From NCBI GenBank assembly GCA_027339965.1, contig DAHWNL010000063.1:1-28795 (forward strand): a stretch of 28,795 nt of DNA, written 5' to 3'. This document shows positions 8,402 through 19,772 of this stretch, piece by piece; position 1 is the first letter of the stretch; the number at the start of each line of letters is the position of its first letter. The position numbers and the translations under genes are program-made. The stretch is from Granulicella sp. (GTDB lineage Bacteria; Acidobacteriota; Terriglobia; Terriglobales; Acidobacteriaceae). The notes beneath the pieces were generated by a model. That model was not told where the DNA came from. It worked only from the letters and a program-made list of their open reading frames with translations, and ran no database searches.

Positions 8402-8701
8402 GGCGGCTTCGGGGAGGGCGGTTCCAGGATGGCGGTTCAAGGATGGTTCTGCCGCGAAGCCACCAGCTTCAACCGAGTACGAGCCACCGAGAGCTGCCAC
8501 GTGGAGCCCACGCAGATCGGGTAGAGCCGGTTGTGAAGTTTCTTGTAGCCTGAAACCGCTCTGGAAGTCTACTGCGAGACGAGCCCAAGCAAGGAGCAAG
8601 GCCCAGCCCATGGCGCAACAACCAAGCCAGAGACCGGATCGCTGGGTTCTCTTCGCGGCTGCACCGCTCTCCTTTCTCAGACACCTGAAGGATCCCTGCC
8701 C

Positions 8702-9649
8702 ATGACCTTGCGCTCCCCGATTCTGCTCATCCATGGCGGCGCCTGGGCGATGCCCGATGACGCCGTAGCTCCGCACCAGCGCGGCATCGCCAACGCGCTG
8801 CAAGCCGGATGGTCGATTCTGCGCGCGGGCGGCTCCGCTCTGGACGCGGTGGAGGCGGCGGTGACCGTGATGGAGGACGATGAGACCTTCGACGCCGGTC
8901 GCGGCTCCTTTCTTACCTCCGATGGACGGGTGCAGCTCGATGCTCTGCTGATGGATGGAGCCAACCTGAGGAGTGGCGGGGTAGCTTGCGTGGAGCGCCT
9001 GCGCAACCCGATCCGGGCCGCCCGTCTGGTCCTGGACCGCTCACCGCACGTTTACTTCGTCGGCGCCGGCGCGGAGAGCTTTGCGGCGGAGAACGGCATG
9101 CCGTTGATCGACAACAACGATCTGATCGTGGCGCGCGAGCGCGAGCGGCTGCTCGCCTTTCAGCGTTCCCAGGCAACCGGTCAACCGGACACGACGTTCT
9201 CGGGACGATTCGGTCAGAAGCCCGCCAACCGCGACGCCGGGCACGACACGGTGGGCGCGGTTGCGCTGGACTCGTTGGGGCATCTAGCCGCCGGCACCTC
9301 CACTGGCGGCACACTCAGCAAGGCTCCGGGCCGCGTGGGAGACAGCTCTCTGATTGGCTGCGGCTGTTACGCGGACGACCTCTCCGCCGCGGTTTCTCTC
9401 ACCGGATGGGGCGAGCCGATCATGAAGCTGGTGCTGGGCAAGTGGGCCGTGGATCGCGTCGCCAGCGGAGCTTCGGCCCAGGACGCGGCCACGACGGCCA
9501 TCGACTACCTGCATAACCGTCTTGGCGGCCACGGGGGAATCATTCTGCTCGCTCCCGACGGCGGAATCGGCCTGGCGCATAACACGCCGCGCATGGCCTG
9601 GGGCATGGCCGGCAGCGAAGGCCGGCAGCTCGGCATCACGCGCAATTGA
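8702..9649 (+). CDS. iaaA: Isoaspartyl peptidase / L-asparaginase (Ntn hydrolase)
   Basis: IHGGA, G.SALDAVE.AV..MEDD..FDAG.GS, DTVGAVA (autocleavage Thr), TSTGG, GRVGDS, TGWGE. Confidence 0.92.
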   Translation: MTLRSPILLIHGGAWAMPDDAVAPHQRGIANALQAGWSILRAGGSALDAVEAAVTVMEDDETFDAGRGSFLTSDGRVQLDALLMDGANLRSGGVACVERLRNPIRAARLVLDRSPHVYFVGAGAESFAAENGMPLIDNNDLIVARERERLLAFQRSQATGQPDTTFSGRFGQKPANRDAGHDTVGAVALDSLGHLAAGTSTGGTLSKAPGRVGDSSLIGCGCYADDLSAAVSLTGWGEPIMKLVLGKWAVDRVASGASAQDAATTAIDYLHNRLGGHGGIILLAPDGGIGLAHNTPRMAWGMAGSEGRQLGITRN

Positions 9650-9869
9650 AGCCGGTCCTGAGCCGAACTTTAGCCGGCCTGATCCCTCGCCTTGCAGAGG
9701 CAGGAATGGCCTTGCTGCGCCGGACGACCCTCCGGTTTCCCAGCCATAGAAAGGGGTTTGGAACGGCATTCTCCAGCGCAAACCCGGCCCAGGGTCTGCT
9801 GCGCCAACAAGCCGTCCGTGGGCCGCGGCCTCTGCTCCAGCTTGCCAAGGTGAAGCCCGGCACGGATCG

Positions 9870-9889
9870 GCAGGGTGCTCCCTGCTTTT
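9870..9889 (+). terminator. Possible intrinsic terminator
   Basis: GCAGGG-TGCT-CCCTGC-TTTT between iaaA and the thiC leader. Confidence 0.4.
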
Positions 9890-9965
9890 GCACACGCTGC
9901 TTGACCTCACCCGGGACGCGGCCGGCTTGCTGGGGGTATGAAATCATGCTGTAATCGCAGTAGTG

Positions 9966-10044
9966 AACCAGGGGTGCCCTACCGCGCGTACGGCTGAGAG
10001 ATACCCTTTGAACCCGATCCGGATCGTGCCGGCGTGGGAAGGTT
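9966..10044 (+). ncRNA. TPP riboswitch (THI element)
   Basis: AACC-AGGGGTGC...GGCTGAGAG-ATACCCTTTGAACCCGATCCGGATCGTGCCGGCGTGGGAA-GGTT contains the UGAGA motif and P1 AACC/GGTT, upstream of thiC. Anti-SD ACCTCC (10083-10088) pairs with SD GGAGGT (10104-10109), implying translational control. Confidence 0.95.
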
Positions 10045-10083
10045 TCAGGCATCGTTTGCTTGTGGCCATGCTCCTGGGCATAA

Positions 10084-12101
<2,018 letters not shown>

Positions 12102-12133
12102 CCCGATCCGCTTTTGAAGACCGACCTCTGGAC

Positions 12134-12170
12134 GCAACAAGGGCGAGCCATTCCGGCTCGCCCTTGTTGC
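12134..12170. terminator. Perfect 16-bp hairpin (terminator / REP-like)
   Basis: GCAACAAGGGCGAGCC-ATTCC-GGCTCGCCCTTGTTGC downstream of thiC. Confidence 0.65.
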
Positions 12171-12220
12171 ATGTTGTGAGCCTCGGGCGCGAAGCTTCCG
12201 AGCCGGGGATCCGGCCGTCC

Positions 12221-12256
12221 GTTGCCACGGAGGTTGCCCCGGAGGTTGCCCCGGAG
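12221..12256. repeat. 3 x 12-bp tandem repeat
   Basis: GTTGCCACGGAG GTTGCCCCGGAG GTTGCCCCGGAG. Confidence 0.8.
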
Positions 12257-12378
12257 CAGAAGGCGCGGACCCAAGCGCGCCGTTGTCCGAAGGCGGAGAG
12301 AACCACCGGTAGACGGCGGAACGATATTTTAGATTGTTCCATCAAAAACTGAATGTTTCTGATTTCGAAGATGCCTAG

Positions 12379-12431
12379 AATCAATTGATTAGTTTTTTGT
12401 CTTGACAATCGTATTACGCTGGAACGATAAT
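12379..12431 (+). promoter_or_regulatory. Sigma70 promoter with upstream palindrome
   Basis: TTGACA (12402-12407)-N18-GATAAT (12426-12431); perfect 12-bp palindrome AATCAATTGATT at 12379-12390 in an AT-rich patch. Confidence 0.6.
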
Positions 12432-12466
12432 AGTGACGGTGACTATCGTCGCCAAGGAGGTTTTCA

Positions 12467-12856
12467 GTGAGCCGAATCATTGCAGCCAGTCTTGTTCTTT
12501 CCATGCTGACTCTATCCACGGCGGCGAAAGCCAGTGCCCCAGCCGACGGCGCCACCAACCCAACCCCGGTTCGTGTCAGTTCTGGAGCGGTCCCTCCAGC
12601 GCTGCTGGGTGCTCCGGTGCTCTACCTGCCGGACAGTACCTTGATTGATCTACTTCCCGAGGGCGCCCAGGTCGGGCTCTCGCTCACCGTCAACAAGAAA
12701 GGTCAAGCCGAGAACATCCGGGTGATCAAGACGTTCGACCCGTTTGTGGACAATCGTCTGGTTGAGGCCGTCAACCAGATGCACTTCCGTCCTGCCACCA
12801 TCGACGGTCAGCCCACCGCGGCGGACATGAATCTTGAGTTCACGGTCGCACGCTGA
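12467..12856 (+). CDS. Small exported TonB C-terminal domain protein
   Basis: AAGGAGG RBS + GTG; signal-peptide-like N-terminus. V.LSLTVNKKG...NIRVIK...P..D...VEAV.QMHFRPA..DGQP matches the TonB_C pattern. Confidence 0.8.
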   Translation: MSRIIAASLVLSMLTLSTAAKASAPADGATNPTPVRVSSGAVPPALLGAPVLYLPDSTLIDLLPEGAQVGLSLTVNKKGQAENIRVIKTFDPFVDNRLVEAVNQMHFRPATIDGQPTAADMNLEFTVAR

Positions 12857-12996
12857 GGCAATGGTTCGTTCCTGCGGCCATCTCTGGGCCTGCCGTTGAA
12901 ACTGGCGGCGGGCCCTTCTCTATTTCGCGGGGAAGATTTCCAGACTCTGCAGGCGCAGCCAGGACAGCCGGAAGAGGCTTGAGAGCACGAGGCGCC

Positions 12997-13043
12997 GGCA
13001 ACAGCAGAGGGCGAGCCCTCTCGGCTCGCCCTCTGCTGTTGCC
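12997..13043. terminator. Perfect 21-bp hairpin between convergent genes
   Basis: GGCAACAGCAGAGGGCGAGCC-CTCTC-GGCTCGCCCTCTGCTGTTGCC, 14 nt past the metK stop. Confidence 0.7.
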
Positions 13044-13057
13044 ATCTACCTTGACGT

Positions 13058-14227
13058 TTACTTCGCAGCCAGCTCCGCGTTGGCACCGGCCTTGAGCGCC
13101 GCCGCCTTGTCGGTGGCCTCCCAGGTGAAGGCTTCCCCGCTGCGGCCACAGTGGCCGTAGGCCGCGGTCTGCTTGAAGATGGGACGGCGCAGGTTCAGGC
13201 TCTCGATGATACCTTTGGGCGTAAGGCTGAAGTTCTCGCGCACCAGTTCGATGAGCGTGGCTTCGGGCAGCGTGCCGGTGCCAAAGGTGTCGATGCGGAT
13301 GCTGACGGGATCGGCGACGCCGATGGCGTAGGCTAGCTGCACTTCGGCCCGGTCGGCCAGACCTGCGGCCACAATGTTTTTGGCGATGTAGCGAGCCATG
13401 TAAGCAGCGCTCCGGTCCACCTTGGTGGCATCCTTGCCGGAGAAGGCGCCGCCGCCGTGACGGCCCATGCCCCCGTAGGTATCCACAATGATCTTGCGTC
13501 CGGTGAGACCGGTATCGCCCATGGGGCCGCCTATCACAAAGCGGCCAGTGGGGTTGATGTGGTACTTGGTGTCAGCGTCCAGCAACTGGGGGGGAATCAC
13601 AGTCTGAATCACGTGCCGCAGGATATCGGCGCGGAGTTGATCGTTGCCGACTTCCTCGGCGTGCTGGGTGGAGATCACGACCGCATCCACGCGCACTGGC
13701 TTATAGTTGCTGTCGTACTCCACCGTGACCTGGCTCTTGCCGTCGGGGCGAAGGTAGGGCAGCGTGCCGGACTTTCGTACCTCGGTAAGCTTTTCGGCCA
13801 GGCGGTGGGCCAGCGAGATGGGGGTCGGCATCAGCTCGGGAGTCTCGTTGCTGGCGTAGCCAAACATCATGCCCTGGTCGCCCGCGCCTCCGGTGTCCAC
13901 GCCCTGCGCGATGTCCGGGGACTGTCGGTTGATGGTGGAGATAACACCACAGGTGTTGCAGTCGAAGCCCTTCAGGGCGTCGTCGTAGCCGATCTCACGG
14001 ACCGTCTCGCGCACCAGGGTCTGGAAGTCGACGTAGGTTTTGGTGGTAATCTCACCCGCCACGACGATCAGGCCGGTACAGGTGAGGGTCTCGCAGGCGA
14101 CCCGGCTGTACGGATCCTCGGCCAGGCAGGCGTCAAGGATGGCGTCGGAGATCTGATCCGCGATCTTGTCGGGATGACCTTCTGTGACAGACTCGCTGGT
14201 GAAGAGAAAGCGGTTGGTTGTAGGCAA
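13058..14227 (-). CDS. metK: S-adenosylmethionine synthetase
   Basis: [59 protein letters not shown] start after AAGGAG. Confidence 0.98.
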   Translation of the reverse strand: MPTTNRFLFTSESVTEGHPDKIADQISDAILDACLAEDPYSRVACETLTCTGLIVVAGEITTKTYVDFQTLVRETVREIGYDDALKGFDCNTCGVISTINRQSPDIAQGVDTGGAGDQGMMFGYASNETPELMPTPISLAHRLAEKLTEVRKSGTLPYLRPDGKSQVTVEYDSNYKPVRVDAVVISTQHAEEVGNDQLRADILRHVIQTVIPPQLLDADTKYHINPTGRFVIGGPMGDTGLTGRKIIVDTYGGMGRHGGGAFSGKDATKVDRSAAYMARYIAKNIVAAGLADRAEVQLAYAIGVADPVSIRIDTFGTGTLPEATLIELVRENFSLTPKGIIESLNLRRPIFKQTAAYGHCGRSGEAFTWEATDKAAALKAGANAELAAK

Positions 14228-14426
14228 AGCGGAATGCTCCTTAGCTCAGAATAGCCGGACACGCCCCATGGGAGGCGGAGCGCCCGACGACCGGTTCCGA
14301 CTCCTGCCGCAGGCCGCGCCGTGGGAAGGAGCCCTGGAAGATGCCAGGCAGGCAGGGGTAGCAGTAGTCTCCGGTCGTTCCCCCTAAGACGGCGAAGAGC
14401 CGCAGGGTTGGAACCCCTCTATTCTA
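14228..14426 (-). promoter_or_regulatory. metK -10 box and ~185-nt structured 5' leader
   Basis: TAGAAT on the minus strand (14421-14426), followed by hairpin 14377-14414, stem 14287-14294/14371-14378 and an anti-SD at 14326-14332. Confidence 0.5.
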
Positions 14427-14546
14427 CCCGCAGACCCATCAGGCAAGCCGAAGGAGAAACAGCGAGTGGAAGAAAATCCGGTCTGAAGAGCGCGGATGCG
14501 AAGATAAGATGCGTTCGCGGAACCTGCCTTCAGACGCCGTGCGCGC

Positions 14547-16178
14547 TCAGACCGGCCGCAGGCGCAGCATCTGCGCGGGCAGTTCGGAGCGCAGCGCCAG
14601 CAGGGTTAAAAACGCGGCCAGCGCCCAGGCCAGGCTGCCCCCCGCGATGATCAGCAGAGCTTCCAGATGTCCCCCGAGACGTGTCGCCAGTTCGGGCAGC
14701 CCATGAGCGAGTGCTTGCGCCAGAACATGGGCGCCGGCGTTGCTGGCGGCAAAGGCGATGAGCGCCGCAGCCAGCGCCCGTCCCAACTCGGCGAACTCCA
14801 GATGGAGCAGGCTGACCAGCCGCTTGCGATGCAGCAGAATGGCCAGCGCGGCGGTCTGGACCAACATGCCCGCATCGGAGGCGATCGCCAGGCCGGTGAG
14901 GCCAAAGCCGTGGAACAGGGCCCAGTACATGGGAATGGAGAGGATGGTGATCAAGGTTCCGGTGATGGCCGGCGTCTTGGTGTCACTGGCCGCATAGAAG
15001 GCGCGGGCATAGATGCCTTGCACAGCCCAGATGGCCAGCGTCACGGAGAAGATCTGAAACAGGAAGGTAACGCTGAGAACATCCGTGCGGCTGAACTTGC
15101 CGCCCTTGAACAGATTGAGCAGCCACGGCGCCAGCGCGATCATCCACGCCGAGACCAGCATCCCGGCAGCGAACAGACGTGAAACCGAGCGGCCCACCGA
15201 GGCCGAGAAGTCATGAGCTCGCTTCTGCTGGTAGAGCGAGGTGAAGAAGGGCAGAGAAGCCGCTCCCGCAGCCGGGCCAATGACGTTGAACGGCGCGTTG
15301 AACAGGTCCTTGGCGTTGCCGATCAGTGTGATGCCGCCCTGGGCGATGGAGGCGAAGTAGTTCAGGAAGAACCCGTCAAACATCACCAGCGAGACGCCGA
15401 TCATCAACGGCAGGGTCAGCCGGAACCACTCCCGGAACGCGGGGTCGCGGAAGCCGACCACCGGCCGGAAGCGCAGGCCGGTGCGGAAGGCACCCACCGA
15501 ATTCAGCAGCAGGGAGCCGCACAGGACGCCGGCGAGCACGCCAACCGCCAGCGAGTAGACGCCGATGCGGCGATGCAGAAGCACCGCCCCCAGGATGATG
15601 CCCGCGTTGTACACCAGGGGTGCTCCGGCCTGGTAGATGAAGATCTTGCGCACCTGCAACCGTGAACTCATGCAGGAACCGATGAAGAAGAAGAGCTGCG
15701 CAGGCAGGATCATGCGGGTCAGCGAGGTGCAAAGGTGAGCCCGCACCGGGTCGGTGCGGAAGCCGGCGTTGGCCAGCCAGACGTACCAGGGAGCAATCAC
15801 TTCGGAGATCAGCACGCCGGCCGCCAGCACCACACTCATGGTGGTGAGCACCACCGAGAGCGCGCGGTCGGCGCCCTCTTCGTCGCCTCGCTCGCGGTAG
15901 CGATTCAGGATGGTAATCAGGGAGATAGCCACCGCGCCGCCGGTGAGGAAGTAGCTGAGCAGGTCCGGCAGTTTGAAGGCCGCCCGGTACGCGTCCTGCG
16001 CGGCGCCGGCGCCGAAGAGAAAGTTCACATACTTGATTCTCACCAAGGCCAGCAGGCCGGAGCCGATCGAGCTCAGCATGAGAAGAATGGCGGCCGAGCC
16101 TGCCGTGTGGGTCTTGCGCCTGCCTGGAGCGGGCTTGGAGATGGGCCTGGTGGTCATGGAGGAGGTGAGGTTCGACAT
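14547..16178 (-). CDS. murJ: Lipid II flippase MurJ
   Basis: L.R......FGAG...DAY.AAF.LPDLL....GG pattern, P..YN..II, many TM helices, RAFYA..DTKTP. Start trimmed to ATG 16178. Confidence 0.93.
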   Translation of the reverse strand: MSNLTSSMTTRPISKPAPGRRKTHTAGSAAILLMLSSIGSGLLALVRIKYVNFLFGAGAAQDAYRAAFKLPDLLSYFLTGGAVAISLITILNRYRERGDEEGADRALSVVLTTMSVVLAAGVLISEVIAPWYVWLANAGFRTDPVRAHLCTSLTRMILPAQLFFFIGSCMSSRLQVRKIFIYQAGAPLVYNAGIILGAVLLHRRIGVYSLAVGVLAGVLCGSLLLNSVGAFRTGLRFRPVVGFRDPAFREWFRLTLPLMIGVSLVMFDGFFLNYFASIAQGGITLIGNAKDLFNAPFNVIGPAAGAASLPFFTSLYQQKRAHDFSASVGRSVSRLFAAGMLVSAWMIALAPWLLNLFKGGKFSRTDVLSVTFLFQIFSVTLAIWAVQGIYARAFYAASDTKTPAITGTLITILSIPMYWALFHGFGLTGLAIASDAGMLVQTAALAILLHRKRLVSLLHLEFAELGRALAAALIAFAASNAGAHVLAQALAHGLPELATRLGGHLEALLIIAGGSLAWALAAFLTLLALRSELPAQMLRLRPV

Positions 16179-16284
16179 GTGCAAGAGGCCGAGCCTTCTT
16201 CCCACCGGGTCGGCCTGGCTGACCTTGGGTCTGGCGCAGGAGAAAGAATAAGAAGAAGAAAAATGGTGGCTCAAGAACAGTATG

Positions 16285-16944
16285 TCATTCGGAGGGAAAG
16301 AGGTCTCCCTGATCGGTGTGACGGGCGCTGAACCTGGGCTCGGCTTTGGGCTCCAGAACCAGACGGGGACGCATGGTCTTCGGTTTGGGCTCGGCAGCGC
16401 CCGCCTCAGCCAGGATGGGCCCCCCGGGCGGACTCCCGGCTGCGGCCTGAGGCAGGGGCTGCGCCAGCCTGCTGGCCAGAGCACGAAGTTCGTCGCGCAA
16501 AGCAGTGAGGAGCATGCGGCGCAGCTGATCCTCGCGGCCCGCTGCGCCGGCATCCGCCGGGTTGCCGGGGGCCCTCTCGCTGGGCCGCGGATCCGCCACA
16601 GACACGGTCAGCGGGATCTCTGTGGCAAGCGCTGCAGGCTCTGCTGCCTCCTTGGCCTTGGAGTCGGCCGCAAATACCTGCCGGGCACCGGCGATCGTGT
16701 AGCCCTGCTCGTACAGCAGACTCTTAATGCGTAGCGCTACCTCAACATCGCGCTTGCGATACAGGCGCTGCCCTGTGCCGCCTTTGTTCGGTTTGAGCTG
16801 GCTGAACTCCGTCTCCCAAAAGCGCAGCACATAGGCGGGAACGCCGCAGAGTTTGGCTACATCCCCGATCCGGAAGTAGAGCTTGTCCGGAATCACTGGT
16901 GCGCTGGGGGCTACGATCTTCCGAATTGGGTGATGAGAGGTCAC
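16285..16944 (-). CDS. MerR-family HTH transcriptional regulator with long low-complexity tail
   Basis: [34 protein letters not shown]...GQRLYR..D...[13 protein letters not shown]. Start GTG 16944 preferred because TATACT (-10) at 16962-16967 overlaps the ORF-track TTG. Confidence 0.9.
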   Translation of the reverse strand: MTSHHPIRKIVAPSAPVIPDKLYFRIGDVAKLCGVPAYVLRFWETEFSQLKPNKGGTGQRLYRKRDVEVALRIKSLLYEQGYTIAGARQVFAADSKAKEAAEPAALATEIPLTVSVADPRPSERAPGNPADAGAAGREDQLRRMLLTALRDELRALASRLAQPLPQAAAGSPPGGPILAEAGAAEPKPKTMRPRLVLEPKAEPRFSARHTDQGDLFPSE

Positions 16945-17066
16945 TTGCTTCCGCAGTACCAAAGTATAGGATCGCGGAGAGATTCGACCATTAGTAAGTC
17001 CGGTTCCGCCCCGCGATTCGTTTAGATGTAGAGACGTATCATAGTAGTAAATAGTTGGTTCGAGAG

Positions 17067-18284
17067 TTACTTGAAGAGTCGGGCGGGGCGGGATGAAGCG
17101 GCAAGGGCATCTGCTCCATTCTGAATCCCAGCCTGCCGTTCCGGCTCCGCCAGAGGCTGCCGCCGCTGCACCGGGCCGAGGGCGGCGCGTTCATACTGCA
17201 CCGGCCAGCACCCGGGCAGGTGCAGCTCCTGGGCGGCGCGCAGGGGCCAGTAGGGATCGCGCAGCAGCTCCCTGGCCAGCAGGATCAGATCGGCCTGGCC
17301 GGTGCGGAGAATCTGATCGGCCTGAACCGGGCTGGTGATCAGTCCGACGGCGCCGGTAGCCAGCCCGGTCTCGCGGCGGATGCGCTCGGCAAAGGCGACC
17401 TGGTAACCCGGACCCAGTGGAATCTGTTGGTGGGGGTCGTTGCCACCGGAGGAGACGTCCAGCAGATCGACGCCCTCCGCCTTCACCAGCCGTGCAAACT
17501 CCACGGTGTCCTCGATGCTTAGGCCGCCCTCGACCCAGTCCACGGCGGAGACGCGAACCCAGACTGGAAGATGGGCCGGGAAGGCGGCCCGCACCGCGCG
17601 GATGATCTCCAGAGGAAAGCGCGCCCGGTTGGTCAGGCTTCCCCCATAGGCATCGCTGCGGCGGTTGGAGAGCGGGCTGAGGAACTCATGGGCCAGGTAG
17701 CCGTGGGCGGCGTGAACCTCAGCGATGAGAAAGCCCGCGGCGGCGGCCCGGTGAGAGGCACAGGCGAAGTCAGCCACAACTTTGTCCATGCCCTTGCGGT
17801 CCAGCGCCTGAGGTAGAAGGTACTCGTCATGAAAGCGGATGGCGGAGGGAGCCACCACACGCGTCCAGCCGCTGCGGAGATCCACGCGATTTTCAAACCC
17901 GGCGGGCTGAGGCGTGGCGGCCCGCGAACCCTTCCAGGGCGGCAACATGCCGGCCTTGCGGCCGGCGTGAGCGAGCTGGATGGCGGGAACGCTCCCGTTC
18001 TGCTTCAGAAACGCGGTGATGCGGGCCAGCATGGGAATGTGGCCGTCGCTATAGATACCCAGATCCCCGGGAGTAATGCGGCCTTCGGGACTGACGGCAG
18101 CCGCTTCCGTCATCACCGTACCGGCCCCGCCGATGGCGCGGCTGCCCAGGTGGACCAGGTGCCAATCCGAGGCATATCCGTCGGTGGAGCTGTACTGGCA
18201 CATGGGCGAAACGACGATACGGTTGGGCAGGTTGAGGCCGCGCTGGGGCAGCGGGCTGAACAGACTGTTCGCCGGATGGTTCAT
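17067..18284 (-). CDS. NADH:flavin oxidoreductase / old yellow enzyme (YqjM/NamA-like)
   Basis: [56 protein letters not shown]-terminal QYER. Start trimmed to ATG 18284. Confidence 0.93.
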   Translation of the reverse strand: MNHPANSLFSPLPQRGLNLPNRIVVSPMCQYSSTDGYASDWHLVHLGSRAIGGAGTVMTEAAAVSPEGRITPGDLGIYSDGHIPMLARITAFLKQNGSVPAIQLAHAGRKAGMLPPWKGSRAATPQPAGFENRVDLRSGWTRVVAPSAIRFHDEYLLPQALDRKGMDKVVADFACASHRAAAAGFLIAEVHAAHGYLAHEFLSPLSNRRSDAYGGSLTNRARFPLEIIRAVRAAFPAHLPVWVRVSAVDWVEGGLSIEDTVEFARLVKAEGVDLLDVSSGGNDPHQQIPLGPGYQVAFAERIRRETGLATGAVGLITSPVQADQILRTGQADLILLARELLRDPYWPLRAAQELHLPGCWPVQYERAALGPVQRRQPLAEPERQAGIQNGADALAASSRPARLFK

Positions 18285-18388
18285 GGGTGATTGGATGAGG
18301 CTGTGCGGCTCTCCGATCTCTGCCGGGGCCGCCGGAACAGGGTCTGCGTCCGATGCGGACTGCGGGCGTCCAATACAATAAGAGTGCT

Positions 18389-19456
18389 GTGTCTCCTGCT
18401 GTGAATACAACCGCGCTGCCGCCCGAACCCGCGCCCCCTGAGGTCATCCACAACTGTCCCTCCTGCAGTCACTGGCTGCCGGAGGGCTCACTTGCCTGTC
18501 CAGACTGCCAGACGCTCACCTACGGCGTGCATCTGAACCAGCTTGCCTATCTGGCCCAGCAGTTGGAGGCGCAACAGCAGTGGGCGCAGGCGCGGGAGCG
18601 ATGGATCTCGGCGCTGGCCTGGCTGCCGCAGGATGCGCAGCAGGCCCAGAGCGTCCACCAGCACATTGCGCAACTGGATGCGCGCATCCAGGCGGAGGAA
18701 GCTACCAAGGCCAAGTGGACCCGGCGGCTGGGGCCCTTTGCTCCGATCGCGCTGTTTCTGATGAAGATCAAGTCGGCGATCTTTCTGCTCTTCAAGCTGA
18801 AGTTTCTGCTCAGCTTTCTGGCCTTCTTCGGAATCTATTGGGCGTTGTTCGGCTGGCAGTTCGCCGCCGGGTTTCTGGCCTGTCTGCTGATCCATGAGAT
18901 GGGCCACTTTGTCGCTCTCAAACGGCGTGGCCTGAGGGCGGAGCTACCGGTGTTTGTGCCCTTGATGGGGGCCTATGTAAAGTGGTACGCGCAGGGCGTC
19001 TCCCTGGAGGATCTGGCCTCGATCTCTCTGGCAGGACCGTTGTATGGGTTGCTGGCGGCCGCGGCCTGTTATGGGCTGTTCGTAGCCACGCACGCCGCGA
19101 TCTTCATGGTGCTGGTGTACGTGGGAGCCTGGGTGAACTTCCTGAATCTGCTGCCGGTGCTGGGGCTGGATGGAGCGCAGGCCACCTATGCCCTCTCCCG
19201 GCTGCAGCGCGGGCTGATCGCCGCCACCTGCCTGGTGCTGTTCGCTCTTTCGGCGCCCAATGGGAATCTCTTTGGCGCCGCGACGATCTGGATCTTTCTG
19301 ATCGTGGGCGTGGGCATGGGCTGGCGATGCCTGACCCGAGATGAGCCGGAGAAGCCGAGCACCAGGACATTTTTCTACTTTCAGGCCCTGGTGCTGATCC
19401 TGGGCGTCATCGTCTACCGCACCCAGTTTGCCGGCATGGCGGCTTCAGCCCACTGA
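18389..19456 (+). CDS. Site-2 protease (peptidase M50) with N-terminal zinc ribbon
   Basis: HEMGH, LAGP, NLLP...LDG; N-terminal CPSC-x10-CPDC. Start GTG 18389 or 18401, after TACAAT at 18374-18379. Confidence 0.88.
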   Translation: MSPAVNTTALPPEPAPPEVIHNCPSCSHWLPEGSLACPDCQTLTYGVHLNQLAYLAQQLEAQQQWAQARERWISALAWLPQDAQQAQSVHQHIAQLDARIQAEEATKAKWTRRLGPFAPIALFLMKIKSAIFLLFKLKFLLSFLAFFGIYWALFGWQFAAGFLACLLIHEMGHFVALKRRGLRAELPVFVPLMGAYVKWYAQGVSLEDLASISLAGPLYGLLAAAACYGLFVATHAAIFMVLVYVGAWVNFLNLLPVLGLDGAQATYALSRLQRGLIAATCLVLFALSAPNGNLFGAATIWIFLIVGVGMGWRCLTRDEPEKPSTRTFFYFQALVLILGVIVYRTQFAGMAASAH

Positions 19457-19772
19457 AGTTTCTCCCCTACCAACCGGAAGCGGCTGCCTGTAGCAAGGTC
19501 AGGAGGTTGTTCCTCTCCGGAGCGGAACCCCATCGCTTGGACTGGTTCCGTCTGGGGAGATTCTTCCGCCTGGCGGAGGCCACAGAAGGGCAGAACGGGC
19601 GAGTGTCGTGCTTCCCGTCCTTTCTCCGATTGAATTGCGGGCGTCCCATCTCGGCTTTTTTAGACCTGGGCTTGCAGGATGCCAGGGGTGCCTCCTGGCG
19701 GGTCCTGGTCCCGGACGGCGGCTCTCGGAAGGTCATCCCCGCCCGTGAATCTGGTGGCTCTTTGGCTCCGCG

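Noticed and set aside
8417..8449. 14-bp near-tandem duplication GGCGGTTC(C/A)AGGAT and ORF 8388..8705
   Set aside because: Only two copies, and the ORF has low-information composition; no function supportable.
12221..12256. 12-bp tandem repeat considered as CRISPR or iterons
   Set aside because: Contiguous units with no spacers, and no cas or rep gene; a simple VNTR-like repeat.
12395..12435. Possible Fur box upstream of the TonB-C gene
   Set aside because: Match to the GATAATGATAATCATTATC consensus is too weak to call.
14228..14420. SAH riboswitch, SAM-I riboswitch or 6S RNA assignment for the metK upstream region
   Set aside because: The conserved cores I know for these families and the end-to-end pairing of 6S RNA are not visible; kept only as an unassigned structured leader.
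19457..19772. 316-bp gap between convergent M50 and purM genes with two 89-aa ORFs
   Set aside because: No RBS, motif or clear RNA structure found.
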